Shown here: piece after piece, positions 61,877 to 64,000 of the stretch
Position numbering within the stretch: position 1 is the first letter of the stretch
Layout of the letters: each line of letters begins with the position of its first letter
DNA from: an uncultured Spirochaetota bacterium
GTDB lineage: Bacteria > Spirochaetota > Spirochaetia > SZUA-6 > Fen-1364
Direction: 5' to 3'
DNA: 64,000 nucleotides
Assembly (NCBI GenBank): GCA_963745235.1
Contig: CAVUXE010000010.1
Span: forward strand, 1 to 64,000
Position numbers and translations under genes: made by a program
The notes under the pieces: generated by a model
The model's input: the letters and a program-made list of their open reading frames with translations, nothing else
The model's database searches: none
What the model was told of the DNA's origin: nothing

Positions 61877-63031
61877 GGCAGCGGACCGAAATACTGGTAG
61901 AAATAGCAGCGGATGTTGCCGTTGTACAGCTTTCGGTTCTTCGACGCGCGGGCCCCGAAGAACCGGGGGAAATCCGTGCTCGCGGTGAGAACGAAGAAAG
62001 ACCAGGTGTCCAGCCGGCGGGAGAGATCTCCCATTTCTCGTGAGAGGTGCTCGACTTCCCTGCGCTCTCCCAGCCGCTCGCCGTAGGGCGGGTTGCAGAC
62101 GACACAGCCGAACTCACCGGAAGGGCGAAACGCGCTGAGGGGTGCGGTACGGAGGCGCACGCAGTCTGACACTCCCGCCTTCCCCGCATTTCTCCCCGCG
62201 GCCGCCACCATCCCCGCGTCCCTGTCCGAGGCCTCCACGCTCATGACGGTGTCACGGCGCTCCGCGGCCCGGGCCTCCTCTCGCGCGTCCCCCCATACGC
62301 GTGAGGGCAAGGTGGGCCATTTCTCCGCCGCAAAGGCGCGCCTGATCCCGGGCGCTGCGCCGCGCCCGATCATGGCAGCCTCGATGGCGATGGTCCCTGA
62401 GCCGCACAGCGGGTCGGCGAACGGCCGCGAGGGGTCCCAGCGGGAGAGAAGGACAAGGGCGGCCGCGAGGTTTTCCCGAAGCGGCGCTGGGCCAGATTCG
62501 GCCCGGTAGCCGCGCTTGTGCAGACCAGGGCCGCTCGTGTCCAGGCACACGGATGCCCGGTCCTGCGTGAGAGAGACTTCCACGCTGAAAAGGGGCCCCG
62601 ATCTCCTCGACTCGCTCCTCCGCGGCATGATGGCCGCGCCTTCCCAGGAGCGCATCCACAATCGCTTTCTTGGACACTGACTGGATGGACGGCACGGATT
62701 CCAGCCGGGACTTCGATGAGCGCGCCGTGACCACGACCGCCGCATTGCGGGGAAGAAGATCCTTCCAGGGAGCCTGGCGCACCCCCTCGTAGAGGCCGTC
62801 GAAATCCTGGGCAGGGAAATCCGCGAGCTTCAGCCACACGCGGTCAGCGGTCCGCAGCCTGATGTTGCACCGCGCGATGTCCATGGCAGTGCCTTCGAAC
62901 ATCACCCGCCTGTCCACGGTGCTGGTGACGGACATCCCGAGAGCCAGGAGCTCGTCACGGACCACGGCTTCCAGGCCGAAGGTGGCCGCGGCCTCCAGAG
63001 CGAAGCGGGCCTCTCCCCCGCGTGTTTTCAT
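61873..63031 (-). CDS. THUMP-domain 23S rRNA methyltransferase (RlmL/YpsC-like; frameshift at ~62590)
   Basis: FGLEAVV, NIRLRTADRV, DTSGPGLHKRGYR, PLRENLAA, DPLCGSGTI, NPPYGER, RKLYNG. Confidence 0.88.
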
Positions 63032-63070
63032 GATCACCTCTTCCTGCTAATAATACACGGGAGGGTAGTC

Positions 63071-63867
63071 ATGAAAAGCGTCGCGGCGACAGTCGCCCTT
63101 TCCTTCGCTCTCGTTTTCGGCTCCGCTACGGCTGCCGCCGGGCAACAGCAAGAGATCCTCGTCTCGGCAGCGGCCAGCCTGACGGACGTGTTGAGCGGCC
63201 TTGCGCCGCAGGCGGAGAAGTACATAGGCGCAAAGGTGCTCTTCAATTTCGGGGGCTCCGGGCGCGCTTCGAAAGCAGATCGAGGAAGGCGCGCCAGTGG
63301 ATGTGTTCTTTTCCGCCTCCGTTGAGGACATGGCAACCCTCCAGGCAAAGGGCCTCGTCGTGGCAGGCACGAGAGAAGACCTTCTCTCCAACCAGGTCGT
63401 CCTGATCGGCGGCCCGACGGCAGAGCCGCTGCACGGCGCAACTGCTGCCGCCGCCAGGGACGACCTTCAGGCGCTCCTCGAAAAGACGGATCTGCTGGCC
63501 ATTCGGGAACCCGGACACCGTGCCGGCCGGCCGCTACGCGGTCCAGGCGTTGAAGAGGTACGGTGTCTACGCGACAGTCGCCTCCCGGCTGGCGCTCGCT
63601 GGAAATGTCCGCGAGGTTCTCCAGTACGTGCAGAATGGCTCAGCGCCCCTGGGGATAGTCTTTGCAACGGATGCGCTCGCCGCGCCGGCGGGCTCCGTGA
63701 AACAGCTTTTCGTCTTTCCGCAAGGTTCCCTGGAGACTCCGATCCTGTACCCCGTGGCCGTGGTCAGCGCGTCGAAGAACAAAGAGAAGGCGGCACGAAT
63801 GATCGAGTTTCTCAAAGGAGATCCGGCCAGGAACGCATTTCGCGCGGCGGGGTTCATCCTGAAATGA
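63071..63867 (+). CDS. modA: Molybdate ABC transporter substrate-binding protein (frameshifts at ~63261 and ~63502)
   Basis: VSAAASL, NFGGSG, QIEEGAPVDVFFSA, GNPDTVPAGRYA, NVREVL, IVFATDA. Confidence 0.9.
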
Positions 63868-64000
63868 GCCTCTTCTCCCCGATCCTGCTTTCGGTGCGCG
63901 TCGCTTTTCTTGCCACTGCCTTCACCCTCGTCGTTGGCCTTGGCCTGGCGAGGCTCTTCGCCTCGCGCGCCGTTCCCCTTCGCCGGATCTGGGAGGCCCT
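63864..64000 (+). CDS. modB: Molybdate ABC transporter permease (3'-partial)
   Basis: MSLFSPILLSVRVAFLATAFTLVVGLGLA; ATGA overlap with modA. Confidence 0.8.
   Translation, partial: MSLFSPILLSVRVAFLATAFTLVVGLGLARLFASRAVPLRRIWEA

Overview
GC-rich bacterial chromosomal segment, most likely from a free-living Spirochaetota (Spirochaetia) genome. This is inferred from the spirochete-style M23 peptidase, ComFB fusion, FecR/lipoprotein genes and a Leptospira-like small Zn-finger protein, and is not proven. 1-20.5 kb is a carbohydrate region: an oligosaccharide ABC importer with a GH51 arabinofuranosidase, a convergent LacI-controlled monosaccharide ABC/isomerase operon whose first permease is split by a complete IS1182-family element, ArsR/SRPBCC genes, manA, and an ADP-ribosylglycohydrolase/DUF4432/isomerase-like trio. 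A 5'-truncated orphan 5S rRNA relic lies at ~4.2 kb. 20.5-27.4 kb holds acs, a TlpA-MauE-secreted repeat protein set, a class III cyclase and an aldo/keto reductase. 27.4-35.2 kb is a partly lower-GC accessory block of FecR and decayed paralogous lipoprotein genes, one split by a complete ISAzo13-family element. It is followed by the gcvT-H-PA-PB operon with a tandem glycine riboswitch and terminator, an M23 peptidase, and a complete sigma-54 module in which the secreted target and the sensor kinase both carry Met-Met-Gly-Gly repeats. The remainder is mostly housekeeping (osmC, ybaK, ribA, dapL, msrA, acyl-CoA ligase, mtgA, rRNA methyltransferases, modAB), plus two candidate c-di-GMP receptors (stand-alone MshEN-like and ComFB) next to a Ser/Thr kinase. 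Many single-base frameshifts sit in homopolymers and are probably long-read consensus errors. No CRISPR array, tRNA, prophage or recognisable defence system was seen. All family calls are by-eye motif recognition; no database searches were run.
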